Virus record (IMG/VR): IMGVR_UViG_3300025655_000017
Strand: one strand, 5' to 3'
Length of the DNA stretch: 64,000 nucleotides
DNA from: a virus
The position numbers and the translations under genes were made by a program. The notes under the pieces were generated by a model, which ran no database searches, was not told the DNA's origin, and saw only the letters and a program-made list of their open reading frames with translations. Below are positions 19,562-30,495 of the stretch, one piece after another; the first letter of the stretch is position 1, and each line of letters starts with the position of its first letter.

Positions 19562-20026
19562 ATGATTCAACAGAAAAAGAAGATTTGCAAGGATTGTAAT
19601 ACCGAACAATATGTTTTTTCACATGGTCGGTGTAAGAATTGTGCCTATATTTTTAAGTTAAATGGTCAGGTTGAAATAGAGCAGCCTATAATTCTTCCAA
19701 TTGAATTAATGGAAAAACTAACAAAAATAAAACAAGTTAGTAAGACTAATACTTATCAAGACAGTAAAGGAAAAAGATGGACAAGTCAAGAAATTGAGTT
19801 AAAAGTAAATAAGGCAAAAGCACAAAAAATAGATTCTTTCTTAAATGAGTATGGTTATATTTTTTGTGAAGATTGTAAAACCTCTAATGCATTTAAGTTT
19901 GATTGTTCACATGAAATAAGTGTTAAACAAGCAAAAGAAATTGGCCAAGTTGAATTAGCTTGGGATATTGATAATATAAAATTACGATGTAGGCCATGTC
20001 ATCAAGAGCATGACAATTTGGCATAG
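19562..20026 (+). CDS. zinc-finger/HNH-like (NinG-like) nuclease
   Basis: CxxC pairs, DCSHEI, N..LRCRPCH..HD. Confidence 0.65.
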   Translation: MIQQKKKICKDCNTEQYVFSHGRCKNCAYIFKLNGQVEIEQPIILPIELMEKLTKIKQVSKTNTYQDSKGKRWTSQEIELKVNKAKAQKIDSFLNEYGYIFCEDCKTSNAFKFDCSHEISVKQAKEIGQVELAWDIDNIKLRCRPCHQEHDNLA

Positions 20027-20113
20027 TAAATGAATATATTAATGACAAAGTGACAATTTAAATGGGTTGGCACATTAATTGAATAAGAACAATAAAAAAC
20101 TAAAACAAATATT

Positions 20114-20482
20114 ATGGAAGATTTTGAAAAAATGTTAGAGCAACTTTTTAAAGGTTCAGGTTTTTATCCGGTTAATTTTAAGGTAATTTATACTGGGGGT
20201 AATGATCCTTCATATAAATCTGATTTTAATAACGGGGTTAAAAAAGAAAAAACTTTGGGTGATCTTTTAAAGGAAAAAGAACATGATCTTAATTTGGCTG
20301 AAAAAGAAGAGCGATATGAAGATTGTGCTAAAATCCAAAATGAAATTACTGATTTAAGGGAAAATTATGAAGTCAGGAATGAAAAACGAATTACTCTTAG
20401 AGATAAGATAAACTTAGCAGTCAAAGAAAAACGCTATATGGATGCTGCCAAGTTTAAGAAAGAGTTAGAAGAACTTGTATAA
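20114..20482 (+). CDS. UVR (UvrB/C motif) domain protein
   Basis: Two A...E.YE..A....E repeats. Confidence 0.75.
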   Translation: MEDFEKMLEQLFKGSGFYPVNFKVIYTGGNDPSYKSDFNNGVKKEKTLGDLLKEKEHDLNLAEKEERYEDCAKIQNEITDLRENYEVRNEKRITLRDKINLAVKEKRYMDAAKFKKELEELV

Positions 20483-20554
20483 AAAAAAGGGGTTATGGAT
20501 TAATTTTCATAACCTCTTTTTTATTTATTTTGATATTTATATAAAAACAAAGCT

Positions 20555-20854
20555 ATGCCTTGTAAAATAGAAGCAATTGCTGCTGCTCAACGTGCAGCTA
20601 TATTAAATCAAAACATATATAGTGCAGATAATGTTTATGGCCCATCACATCCTAATGCAAATCAGGAAGTAGGTTCTGATGATCCTCTTAACAAAAAGGG
20701 ACGTGGAACAGGGGGAACTTTTGACACCTCTTTTAATGCTGGTAATTATACTGATAAGTTTGGTAGACCAGAAGTTTATAACAGTGGAAGACAAGCAGTT
20801 TATACCAATTTTTATAACCCTAATAATTCTTACGATACATTTGAATGCGTTTAA
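20555..20854 (+). CDS. hypothetical protein (possible virion component)
   Basis: N/G/P-rich; TATTTAT upstream. Confidence 0.6.
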   Translation: MPCKIEAIAAAQRAAILNQNIYSADNVYGPSHPNANQEVGSDDPLNKKGRGTGGTFDTSFNAGNYTDKFGRPEVYNSGRQAVYTNFYNPNNSYDTFECV

Positions 20855-21195
20855 TAACTGAGGTCAAACGAATAATTACAGAGGCTGTAAAATTAACTGA
20901 TTTAAAAGATGCTATTTTAAGTCAAAAAGTTATTCAATTTAACTATGAGGGTAAGGAGGGTATAAGGAAAGTTGAACCAGTTTTAATAGGTAAAACTAAA
21001 AAAAATAATACTGCTATTAGAGCTTATCAAATTAATGGTGCTACTTCCACTCAAAATAATGAATGGAAGATTTTCTTGACCGATAAAATGTCTAATTTAA
21101 AAGTATTAGAATTAGATCAGGCAGAAAATAGACCTGAGTATAACCCCAACGGTGATGCAGAATTTAGAAAAATAGTTATACAGCGACCAACCTAA
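20845..21195 (+). CDS. WYL-domain protein with N-terminal ITE repeats
   Basis: AI....I.F.Y....R.VEP..IG, IRAYQ, WKIF..DKM. Confidence 0.75.
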   Translation: MRLITEVKRIITEAVKLTDLKDAILSQKVIQFNYEGKEGIRKVEPVLIGKTKKNNTAIRAYQINGATSTQNNEWKIFLTDKMSNLKVLELDQAENRPEYNPNGDAEFRKIVIQRPT

Positions 21196-21200
21196 TAATA

Positions 21201-21653
21201 ATGAATTTTTTAGCAAGTGGCAAATTAATAGAATTAGTGTTAGCTTTAAGAATTTACAATCTTAAGTTTAATACAATCTATCGTCCAATATCTAAAATTA
21301 AAGACTCATATTATGAAATTGGTAATGAAAAAATGATTGTTATTACAGACAACATTAATGAAGCATTTACAGCTAATATTTTAAAAGGGGAAACTACTGA
21401 CTATATAAATAAAATCATAGATGTTTTTTCCTTTAGGGGGAAATATTATATCATACAAAATCATGTGGTTAACTGGTGTCCAGTAACTAATCCTGAGATA
21501 ATAAGTAATTTACAAAAGGAGTGTTTACGTTATAATGTCCCCCTTATAAATTACGATGAAAAAAAATTTGGCAATAATGGTTCACTGAAACACCATTATT
21601 GCCAAATGGAATCTTTTAACCCAATGTCACAAAATATCCCTATCTTTAAATAA
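21201..21653 (+). CDS. hypothetical protein
   Basis: 150 aa ORF. Confidence 0.55.
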   Translation: MNFLASGKLIELVLALRIYNLKFNTIYRPISKIKDSYYEIGNEKMIVITDNINEAFTANILKGETTDYINKIIDVFSFRGKYYIIQNHVVNWCPVTNPEIISNLQKECLRYNVPLINYDEKKFGNNGSLKHHYCQMESFNPMSQNIPIFK

Positions 21654-22764
21654 GATTGTAAATGTCCAATCTTTGTTTTCCAGTTTTTTTATAATCAAAG
21701 TGTTCGCTGCAATACTCATATAGTCTTTCTCCCATATCTTCCCGAAGTTCTTTTTCATTTTGCAGCATTTTAAGCGACTTTATGAAGTCCCGGTGCGCTT
21801 TGCTATTATCTACTATAAAGCCTCCACCACAAGCCTTTAAAACTGCACTATACTGGGGTAAATCGGAAGCTACAACAGGAATTTTATGTAAAGCACTTTC
21901 AATTAGTTTCAACTCAGATTTATATTTATTAAATGCATTATTGACAAGAGGTACGATAAACACATCAAATTGATTCATGATTTTTAAATATGCTCTAATG
22001 TCCATAGACCACAATCTTCTGTAGTTTTGTTCATCGACTTTTAGATATTCATTTTGTTTGTTGTATCCCATTAAATAATTCTTATAGGCTGGATCAACTA
22101 AATTATAATTATTTGTGATTATGTGTTCATATTCACTCCAAACTCCATTATTATTTATTGTGACTCCACCATTAGGATTTATTTGTCTATTATCAAATCC
22201 AGCTAAAATAAACTGTATATTTTTCATTTTACTAAGTATGCCGATCTTTGACATAAGCTTCATATCATCTACGTGAGAGCTACTACCAGCCCAACCTATG
22301 GTAAACTTATTATTCTCTAATTCGCTAACATGCTTAGATTCATATTCATAATTTAGAGAATTAGGTACAATAAATATATTATTATTATATTTCTTTAATG
22401 CTTTATATATTTGTTCAGTAGAACAAATAACTGCTGTTACCTTCCCCACATAATTAAATAAAGTTTCAGTAGTTTTATTAAATTTGTTATATTGGTATAG
22501 ATAGTGTGTCATGGGTACTTCCCAAAAATCATCTATATCCAAGATAATTTTTTTACCGCTGGTGAGGGTATTATCAATGAAATTTCTTATTGCTGGATTT
22601 TGTAAAGAAGAAAAATGTAAAAAGAATTTTTCTTGGTCTGAATTTATAGCATCTTCTACACCACCAAACTCTATATCATAATCTAAATTTTCATATAGGA
22701 AAATATGCGGGTCTTGTATTCTATATTTCTGTATCCCTCCACTAACATTATCGAAAATAAACAT
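21646..22764 (-). CDS. GT-B glycosyltransferase (family 4-like)
   Basis: DIDD, VPN, IGWAGS..H..D, PL..N.FN..KSELK..E, PVVAS. Confidence 0.85.
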   Translation of the reverse strand: MFIFDNVSGGIQKYRIQDPHIFLYENLDYDIEFGGVEDAINSDQEKFFLHFSSLQNPAIRNFIDNTLTSGKKIILDIDDFWEVPMTHYLYQYNKFNKTTETLFNYVGKVTAVICSTEQIYKALKKYNNNIFIVPNSLNYEYESKHVSELENNKFTIGWAGSSSHVDDMKLMSKIGILSKMKNIQFILAGFDNRQINPNGGVTINNNGVWSEYEHIITNNYNLVDPAYKNYLMGYNKQNEYLKVDEQNYRRLWSMDIRAYLKIMNQFDVFIVPLVNNAFNKYKSELKLIESALHKIPVVASDLPQYSAVLKACGGGFIVDNSKAHRDFIKSLKMLQNEKELREDMGERLYEYCSEHFDYKKTGKQRLDIYNLI

Positions 22765-22772
22765 ATATATTA

Positions 22773-23369
22773 TTATTTAATTTTAAAATCATTAAAACTT
22801 CCTAAGACTTCTCTATACTCATAGAAATCAGGAATATTTGTATCTTCACACTTATCATTTATTTTATAAAAAAAATCATATAAATCTTGAGTGTATACTA
22901 TTGATTTAGGGGTATCAATAGTATTTACAACCATTTTTTTTGATGTATACAATAACTTAGAAAAAACATCAAGACTGATTTTATGGTCTATTTTTTCTAA
23001 AATGATTAAGTCATAAAAATTCTCTTCAAGATTTATTTTTATTGAGGAACCATTATAATGGATAAATGTAATTTTAGATGTCTGATCAATAAAACATCTT
23101 TCGGTTGGATCATAGTTTACATCGTAAGACCAATCATTTTCTTTTGAATATTCTTTTAATAAATCTAAAGAATAAAGAATATTTATAATCGAATTAGATA
23201 TAACCAATATGTTTGTCCAATCCCCCCACACAGAATTATCCACAATTATGGGTGAAAAGTGCTCTAGGAATTGGTAATTAACAGATGTGCCGAAAATTAA
23301 CAAATCTTCCTGATTAATAGTATCAAGAAGATTTGTTAATTCCACCGCCTTTTTATGACTATAATCCAC
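22773..23369 (-). CDS. hypothetical protein
   Basis: 198 aa ORF. Confidence 0.6.
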   Translation of the reverse strand: MDYSHKKAVELTNLLDTINQEDLLIFGTSVNYQFLEHFSPIIVDNSVWGDWTNILVISNSIINILYSLDLLKEYSKENDWSYDVNYDPTERCFIDQTSKITFIHYNGSSIKINLEENFYDLIILEKIDHKISLDVFSKLLYTSKKMVVNTIDTPKSIVYTQDLYDFFYKINDKCEDTNIPDFYEYREVLGSFNDFKIK

Positions 23370-23408
23370 ATTTAACGTTTTCTATGTTAAATATAAAATT
23401 ATATTTTT

Positions 23409-24152
23409 TTAATTAAAGTTATATCCCTGTACAATTCGCATGATTTTTTTATCATATGGATAAGCAGCATTTTTGTTGGCATATCCAGCATCATAAATTG
23501 CGTAGGCTAATTTTTCAGCATCATTTAAATTAAAGTTAAACTTACCCTTATAGTTAGGGTGATCAGAATTGATTCTATCATATATAAATCTAACCCCAGC
23601 CTCTAAACCCGCACTTTTACTTTTAAATGCATAGAAAGAACATTTTTCATCACCACAGTCATCTTTATACATGACTGGTGCTTTTGTATTAGCATTTATG
23701 AACGCTAAAAAATCTGCGCTGTAGTAACTCCCCGTTTTTTCTTTCAAATTCAAAAAGTTATAATATTTTGCAGCTAATGTGCCCAATCTTTCTTCTTTTG
23801 CATTGATATTTTCAATGACTATCATCCCAGTTATTACAGAACTATTCAAATTACCATATTTTTTACATAACGTTTTGATAATAGGATGTAATTCGTTAAT
23901 AACATTTTGTATATATTCAGATTTAGCATACTGAGTTATATTGGCATACCTCTCAGAAAGATTAAATCCTTTGCTACGAATAACTGTTTTTTCGACTGCT
24001 AGTGGTTTGTTTAACATCTGAACTATATGTTCATTTGTCACATTATAGTTTACAATATCAACACATTCAATATTCTGTGTACTAGTGGTGAATATTATTA
24101 CTAATAATAAAAGGTTTAACCCAAAGATTCTTTTTTGTATAATTTGTTTCAT
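23409..24152 (-). CDS. GH73-like glucosaminidase/muramidase (putative endolysin with N-terminal membrane anchor)
   Basis: N-terminal hydrophobic helix, candidate catalytic E, LA..YYNF..LK, F..F.S, AGYA. Confidence 0.7.
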   Translation of the reverse strand: MKQIIQKRIFGLNLLLLVIIFTTSTQNIECVDIVNYNVTNEHIVQMLNKPLAVEKTVIRSKGFNLSERYANITQYAKSEYIQNVINELHPIIKTLCKKYGNLNSSVITGMIVIENINAKEERLGTLAAKYYNFLNLKEKTGSYYSADFLAFINANTKAPVMYKDDCGDEKCSFYAFKSKSAGLEAGVRFIYDRINSDHPNYKGKFNFNLNDAEKLAYAIYDAGYANKNAAYPYDKKIMRIVQGYNFN

Positions 24153-24226
24153 GTTAAATATAATTTTTTCATATATCTTTTAAATATAATAAATAAATAT
24201 GAAAAAGATACATAAAAAGAACACAA

Positions 24227-24940
24227 TTATACAAAAATATTAATTATTTGTTGTTTTTCGAATAAAATATCATCAAAAATAGTATTTTCTCCATCTTTTA
24301 TTATTAATCTTTGTCTGCTGGGCAAATAAAATGCACTATAATTGCAATTTTCTTTTAGACATTTATCTGATATAATATACCCATTGTTGGTTTTACTTAA
24401 AATAAAAAACTCATCAAGTAATGACAAGCAATTAAGTGGAGCTTCTAATACTTCACACAATTTGATTTCTAAATTCATACAATCTTCTTTAAATTTAAAA
24501 CCGGAAGATGATGGATCAAGTTCACCAGCTAAAAAATATTTACCATGTGTCATAAAATCTTTTTTAGAGATTTTACCACATATCCAAGCGGTAGTCATGT
24601 CTTTTAATATCCTAACAAAATAATACTGATCACATTTTTGATGCAAGCTATGAATTGAAATGCTATTATAATAATGTAACTGGGGTATTCCAGAAACCTT
24701 TTTAGTTTTAACATCTATTTTCACACCATTAATAAGTAAGTCAGCATCTTTTGTTCCAATATAATTATCTGTTTCGTTTAGACCCAAAAAATCTAAAACA
24801 ATAATTTCACCAAGGGCACCATATATTTGTGACTTACCCTCTGTGAAACTATTTTTTATTTTAGAAAAATTATAAAGTTTTTTAGAACGTTTTATTTGTT
24901 CGGGGGTTATTTTTACTTCTGTAATTATTCTGCTAGACAT
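24227..24940 (-). CDS. PD-(D/E)XK nuclease-like protein
   Basis: GALGE, D....IDVKTK, YYFVR..AWICG. Confidence 0.6.
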   Translation of the reverse strand: MSSRIITEVKITPEQIKRSKKLYNFSKIKNSFTEGKSQIYGALGEIIVLDFLGLNETDNYIGTKDADLLINGVKIDVKTKKVSGIPQLHYYNSISIHSLHQKCDQYYFVRILKDMTTAWICGKISKKDFMTHGKYFLAGELDPSSSGFKFKEDCMNLEIKLCEVLEAPLNCLSLLDEFFILSKTNNGYIISDKCLKENCNYSAFYLPSRQRLIIKDGENTIFDDILFEKQQIINIFV

Positions 24941-26391
24941 AATATTTTGTTTCTTGCTCGTGTTACTGCAACATAGGCTGATTGTAATCTTTCTAATTGT
25001 GAAGTATGTTGGTTTTTCACACTGAAAATATCTTTAAACGATGGAAAAACTGTATCATACGACTTTCCCTGTGAAGTGTGTGATGTTCCACCATAAGTGT
25101 ATTGTATTTCACAAAAAAAATCTATTAATGCATTTTTAGCATCCCAAAATTTTTCATATGGTGATAATGCATGTAAAGAATCATGATCACTCAAATAATT
25201 TAAGATTTCTTTAAATCTTTTATTGTCCACAACAGATGTAGGAATAAAAGTTTTTTCGTTAATATCGTGACACCAATATTCTAGTTCTTCAACTTTTATT
25301 TTAGAAACATCAATATTTAAAGTTTCTGAATATAATAATCTCAAATTAGCTTTAGAATTATATTTTACTGCCATGTCTTGAAATTGCCAAACTCCTTTTA
25401 GATTGGTAATCCACACTATGGCAAATCTCATTTTACGTTTCCCTCTAATTTCTCCTAATTCACCATTATTTAATTTTAAAATATTATTTTCATAATAATT
25501 TGTTTTTGAAACAACAAAATCACCCGGCTCAAAATGAAAAGGTTGAGGATTTAGTTTTGATCTAATATACCGGCCAGCTTCTTTATAAGAGTACTGTGTA
25601 TAAGAAATAAACTTACAACCTAAAGGGTTTTTCTTAAATTCTTCAATCATTTCTTCAGCAAACTGATACTTATCATAAGTTATTCTTAAATGTTTTAATT
25701 TTTGGTTTTCGAGTTGTTTCCAGATTAAAGGATCAAATTCTTTTCCCTCCAAACCTTTGTAGATTTCAGTACGAAATAATTTACCAATCTCTGAAATTTC
25801 ACCACCATAGCGATAAGGATATAATAACTCAAATGTTTTCAATTTAAAAACAGGTGAAAACAATTCGCCGTTTTTCCGTTCGATGGGAGGTAATTGACAA
25901 ATATCTCCAACAAAAATTATAATAGAGTCTGCTCTTCTTATTTTTTCGATAATCATTAATTGTCGATGACTTACTTGTGAACATTCGTCAATGATAATAT
26001 ATTTAGCAAGTGCCAAGGGTGGCTTTACCAATGTTCTTTTACCCTTTTTACTATATGTATATTTAGGAACTGGAACAAAATCAGTAACTCCATCCTCATT
26101 TGTAACTGGTCTACATTGTAGTGCAGCAGCAATTGTTTCAGCAGAATATTCATATTTAAAATTACCTAAGAAATTCTTTGCTACCCCCAACGCTTCATGT
26201 GCTAATGCACACACCAATATTTTATCATCTGGCTTTGCGACAGACTCAACAATTTGTCCACATACATGAGATTTACCATGTCCAGCAGGGCCAATAATTA
26301 CAATATCTTCTCTTTCGCTGAGAATATATTGACAAGCTTCGCGTTTAACTGTTTGCTGATTTTCATGTGATTTTTTTTGTAAATCAGTCAT
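24925..26391 (-). CDS. Dda/RecD-like SF1B DNA helicase
   Basis: GPAGHGKS, IIDECSQ, GD..QLPPI, HTSQGKSYD, YVAVTRAR. Confidence 0.9.
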   Translation of the reverse strand: MTDLQKKSHENQQTVKREACQYILSEREDIVIIGPAGHGKSHVCGQIVESVAKPDDKILVCALAHEALGVAKNFLGNFKYEYSAETIAAALQCRPVTNEDGVTDFVPVPKYTYSKKGKRTLVKPPLALAKYIIIDECSQVSHRQLMIIEKIRRADSIIIFVGDICQLPPIERKNGELFSPVFKLKTFELLYPYRYGGEISEIGKLFRTEIYKGLEGKEFDPLIWKQLENQKLKHLRITYDKYQFAEEMIEEFKKNPLGCKFISYTQYSYKEAGRYIRSKLNPQPFHFEPGDFVVSKTNYYENNILKLNNGELGEIRGKRKMRFAIVWITNLKGVWQFQDMAVKYNSKANLRLLYSETLNIDVSKIKVEELEYWCHDINEKTFIPTSVVDNKRFKEILNYLSDHDSLHALSPYEKFWDAKNALIDFFCEIQYTYGGTSHTSQGKSYDTVFPSFKDIFSVKNQHTSQLERLQSAYVAVTRARNKILCLAE

Positions 26392-26627
26392 TTTCTTTTT
26401 GTTTTATTTTGTTGTTCTAAAAGTTTTTTCTCACATTCAAATTTTTGGTCTAGTTGACTACATTGGGTATTAAACTGCCCAAATAAGTCGGGGAAATGTT
26501 TTTTAACCATTGCAGGTCGTGATCCATCTTTATAAGTCCATGCCCCACCTTTAAATTCTACATGATTTGAATAATCAATAATTTTTTGACCTATTTTGAT
26601 TTTAAATTTATTACTTGAACTACACAT
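26388..26627 (-). CDS. hypothetical protein
   Basis: 79 aa ORF overlapping the helicase start. Confidence 0.55.
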   Translation of the reverse strand: MCSSSNKFKIKIGQKIIDYSNHVEFKGGAWTYKDGSRPAMVKKHFPDLFGQFNTQCSQLDQKFECEKKLLEQQNKTKRK

Positions 26628-26630
26628 ATA

Positions 26631-26996
26631 TTACAATGTTAATTTATTTAAAATGTAAAGAAATCCATGTTTTTCACTTAATTCGTTAATTTTATCCACA
26701 ACATCTTCTTTGTCGAAATTGTATATATCTGAGTCTTCAATATTATCTATTAAAGAAAGTTTATTTCTTAGTGATTCTATGTCACAGGTATATTTAACAT
26801 AAGTTAAAATATCATCATCATCTAACCTAGATAATATATCACTACTATCAGAATTATTTGTAACATATTTTGTTAATACGTCATCATCTATATTATCTAA
26901 TACTTGACTTATAAAAGAAGTATCTGTAATATACTTTATGATTACTTTTACATCTATTAAATCTAATATTTGTTCGTTAGTTATTTTCTCTCTCAT
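26631..26996 (-). CDS. hypothetical protein with internal acidic repeats
   Basis: Repeated L..ID.D.I..YV units. Confidence 0.6.
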   Translation of the reverse strand: MREKITNEQILDLIDVKVIIKYITDTSFISQVLDNIDDDVLTKYVTNNSDSSDILSRLDDDDILTYVKYTCDIESLRNKLSLIDNIEDSDIYNFDKEDVVDKINELSEKHGFLYILNKLTL

Positions 26997-28044
26997 ATTT
27001 TATAAAGTTTTGTCGAATTGTAAGAAAAATGATTTTAATTATTTCTTCATCTATATTTTCACGTAAATTACTATTAGCATAAAGAAGTTTAATTTCATTA
27101 ACGCTTTGCTCTGATTCTTCTAATAATTTCTCAAGGGTGAGATCGCCTCTGCGAATTGAAAGTAGATAATTAGCATCTGGACGTTTAACAATTAATCCTT
27201 GCCCTAAAGCAATTTCTTTTGCCATAGTGAGTAATCTCACACAATGCATAAGATTTTTTCCATCAATTTGCTGGTTGTGATTTTTTACATCAACATATCG
27301 GTCTGTATTTCTTTCTTTTAACCATTGTTGATATTCTCTATAATCTTTGCAATGTTGAGAATAAGAATTTTTATTAAAGAAAAGATTGCAAATGAATGTA
27401 TAAACCTTTTCTTTTGGTATAGATGAAAGCTTAACCTCATTAGATTCAGGGCCGCATAATCCCTTGAAAGAAGGATTATAAAAAACAGCATATCCATCCA
27501 TGATATTAGGAATTTTCACCAAACCAAAATTATCTTGATTAAGGCCATATTTTTTAATATATTTTTTAAGAGAGGTAGATTTACCACTGTCCAAGAGAAC
27601 AAAACAAAAATCCTCAATCGTTTTACGTTTAATTTTTTCTTTATCCCAGTTCATCTTTTTGTTAGTACCTTTAGCTTTAGACATATTAGAAAACGCAAAA
27701 CCTAAGAAACTATTACCACATTTTTTACTGAGAAATGCAGCTCTATTTTCGATGAATGGTTTAAAATCATCATGGATATACATAATATCCTTTTCATTAG
27801 CAAAAACCATCTCTAGAATAGTAGAATTACTTGTTTTAAGTAGCTCTACGAACCTTTTAAGTTCAAACGCTACATCATCCTTAGAAAATTCTATTTGGGG
27901 CATATAGCCATCCGTGAGTACAGACTGTGCGCTTTGACAATAAACGTGTTTATAATCATAGTCTGAACCTTTGTGGTTTGTACCGTAAGCCCTTGAACCT
28001 ACCAATACACTGTAAATGATTGTTCCTTCTTGTATATTTTTCAT
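26977..28044 (-). CDS. RlaP/YcgL-like Pol-beta nucleotidyltransferase
   Basis: VGSRAYG...SDYD, LEMVF, DGKN.MH.VRLL, LLSIRRG. Confidence 0.88.
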   Translation of the reverse strand: MKNIQEGTIIYSVLVGSRAYGTNHKGSDYDYKHVYCQSAQSVLTDGYMPQIEFSKDDVAFELKRFVELLKTSNSTILEMVFANEKDIMYIHDDFKPFIENRAAFLSKKCGNSFLGFAFSNMSKAKGTNKKMNWDKEKIKRKTIEDFCFVLLDSGKSTSLKKYIKKYGLNQDNFGLVKIPNIMDGYAVFYNPSFKGLCGPESNEVKLSSIPKEKVYTFICNLFFNKNSYSQHCKDYREYQQWLKERNTDRYVDVKNHNQQIDGKNLMHCVRLLTMAKEIALGQGLIVKRPDANYLLSIRRGDLTLEKLLEESEQSVNEIKLLYANSNLRENIDEEIIKIIFLTIRQNFIKYERENN

Positions 28045-28120
28045 GATACAAAGATAAGTTATTTATACCTCAATAACAAATTTATTAGAGATAATATTAA
28101 AAAAAAATGTTATTTGGAAG

Positions 28121-28375
28121 TTAAACTAACTGTTTAATATTAACAGTTAGTTCATTTTTTTGTAAAGTCAATTGATTTAAATTTTCAATTAACAGAGTAT
28201 AAAATTTTGATGAGTCGATTATTCCTGCTTCATTTAAAAGTTCTAATTCTTCCAAATCAATTTCATCACTTAGAATATTAAAATCCTGTAAGATTCTAAG
28301 TGATGTTGCAGCACCATTATATTCATAGCAAGAAACTACTCCCGCAAATATAGTAATAATTTGATTAATGTTCAT
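28121..28375 (-). CDS. hypothetical protein
   Basis: 84 aa ORF after TATCTTTG. Confidence 0.6.
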   Translation of the reverse strand: MNINQIITIFAGVVSCYEYNGAATSLRILQDFNILSDEIDLEELELLNEAGIIDSSKFYTLLIENLNQLTLQKNELTVNIKQLV

Positions 28376-28468
28376 ATTTACTTTGTAAATTGATAGGTTA
28401 AATAATAATTTTCACAAAGATATATCATTTTTTGTAACTATGCAAACTATATAGATAAAATGATATAT

Positions 28469-28822
28469 TTAATCGACGAAATATAATTCCCTTGAAAATC
28501 TTTCAAAATAGTTGCCTACTAAGTATCTGGCCTCTGAAAATTCTTTGATAGAAAACTCCTCCACCGCTTTATAGAAACCTTCATATAAATATATTTCTTT
28601 AATTTCCTCTTGTGTAAGATCATCTATATTTAGTACTTTATATTTTTTTGATTCTAAGTTAATTTTACGTATATCTTGTATGGGTATACCTAATACAACC
28701 ATAACACTTATAGAAAGACCATCATGGCTAGGTTCAACAAAAAGTATTTCATCCATGAATTCGTTAAACCCAGATAAAATATAGAATTGCCGATCATTTA
28801 TTATAAGTTTTTTATTATTCAT
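28469..28822 (-). CDS. hypothetical protein
   Basis: 117 aa ORF. Confidence 0.6.
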   Translation of the reverse strand: MNNKKLIINDRQFYILSGFNEFMDEILFVEPSHDGLSISVMVVLGIPIQDIRKINLESKKYKVLNIDDLTQEEIKEIYLYEGFYKAVEEFSIKEFSEARYLVGNYFERFSRELYFVD

Positions 28823-28824
28823 GT

Positions 28825-29376
28825 TTATTGAAAAAAGTTTTTTACACCCATTTCAAAAATAATGGGATTTATATATTTTCCGTCGCTAAATAGAGAATTA
28901 CTATTATATCTTTTCCCATGAGAAATTTCACAGCCAACGTATAACTCTGTATTTTTATAGAAAAAATTCTTGTAAAGAGTTACCTCTATTTGTGCTCCCA
29001 CGGTAACCCGTTGATGTTGAAAATTATATCTTGTAAAAGCATTACCTTCAATCCATCCCAATAACTGATTTCGCATTAGACCTATATCAATCGTCATAGT
29101 ATTGGCGCGTTCCTGATCTTTTTTAAGTAAATCATAAAAACTTTGATAACCAATTTGGATACCATAGGCCAATGATCGTTATTTCCAAAAATTAAGAGGT
29201 GTCAATTTTCGAAAGCCAATTTCAAAACTAACTCCATTAGCTCCTACCTCTGGTTCATTATTTACGATGATGTTATTTACCCCTACGTTAAAGTATGAAG
29301 TATAACGAAAATTATCGGTTTGTCCTTTTAAAGAGAAAGAACAAAAAACTGCCAAAATAATAATAATGTTTTTCAT
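28825..29376 (-). pseudogene. outer-membrane beta-barrel-like protein split by in-frame TAA (29179-29181)
   Basis: Signal peptide and alternating beta-strand pattern; the two track ORFs share a frame (NFWK*RSLAYGIQ). Confidence 0.6.
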
Positions 29377-29385
29377 AAAAATTGT

Positions 29386-30117
29386 TTATTGCTTGACTAT
29401 TTGTAGCCAGCGAGTTTTAATAAATTTAAAATAATCATCAGGATTAAGACCATAATTTCCTATTGACCATCCATCCTGCAATTCAACTAATACGGTTTCG
29501 TTTTTATCAGTTACAGCAACATCAATACTATAAGCTTTAATTCCAATATTCATTATCTTTTCACTGATATATAAAATATCGTTTATAGTATCAACATTAG
29601 GAAATAACATAACAGCACCACTATAATTACAAGCTTTTAATATTTCTGCATTGAGTATATAAACTCTCCATTCACTTTTTATATTTATAACATCTTGAAA
29701 TAAAGCAATTATATCTTTATTTTCCACATCTTGAGTATACATTAGATAATCATCCTCTTTTTTTTGTACAAAGGGATAAAATTCTTTATGTTTACCATAA
29801 GGTTTAACAAATATAGGTTTTTCATGTAAATTACAATTAGATATTTTATCTAACCATAATTTACGGCCTAAAAGAAAACTATTTAGTTCTTGAAATTTCA
29901 ACATATCTATAGGAGCTGGAACATTAACTCCTAACTCTTCTAAATATTGACTTGCTGATTCAACTGATCCACAAATAATGTTTTCATCATTAATAGGCAC
30001 AGTATCAATTGTATTAAAATGTTTTACTTCAATATCGTTATTTATTGCCCCAATTTGTGCAGATGTAGTGAAATCCCATATTGGATTTTTGTCGTTTGTT
30101 TGTATGTATAATTTCAT
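29386..30117 (-). CDS. ATP-grasp protein, R2K/DUF4343-like
   Basis: FVKP..K.F, SEWRVYI, YSIDVA, LVELQDGWSIGNYG. Confidence 0.8.
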   Translation of the reverse strand: MKLYIQTNDKNPIWDFTTSAQIGAINNDIEVKHFNTIDTVPINDENIICGSVESASQYLEELGVNVPAPIDMLKFQELNSFLLGRKLWLDKISNCNLHEKPIFVKPYGKHKEFYPFVQKKEDDYLMYTQDVENKDIIALFQDVINIKSEWRVYILNAEILKACNYSGAVMLFPNVDTINDILYISEKIMNIGIKAYSIDVAVTDKNETVLVELQDGWSIGNYGLNPDDYFKFIKTRWLQIVKQ

Positions 30118-30120
30118 AAA

Positions 30121-30495
30121 TTAATAAATTGATAATCTTGGTAAAATTTTGTTATATGATATAATATCTTTTTCTATCAATATATATTTCCGATTAAGTT
30201 GTTCACATGCTTCTATCCAATTAAAAACAACTGATGAATAGAATGTTATAATGGCATCCTTATCATTCTTAGTCAAGTCAATAACATTATACCTATTTTT
30301 CAAAAACATCACAATAGTATACGGTGATATTTTAGTACCATGTAAAAATAGTTTACTATTTGCTATGTTAGTAGCCCCATTATTGGGATCAACAAACCAT
30401 TTATTAAACTCATCAATGTTTAACATTTCAGGAGTTAATACTATAGGTGGTTTCTTTTTAAATATTTTTTCAAAAAAATTTTTCATAAAGTTCAT
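30121..30495 (-). CDS. hypothetical protein (paralog of 30492-30797)
   Basis: Shared TP.MLNID.FN.WFVDP.NGAT. Confidence 0.65.
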   Translation of the reverse strand: MNFMKNFFEKIFKKKPPIVLTPEMLNIDEFNKWFVDPNNGATNIANSKLFLHGTKISPYTIVMFLKNRYNVIDLTKNDKDAIITFYSSVVFNWIEACEQLNRKYILIEKDIISYNKILPRLSIY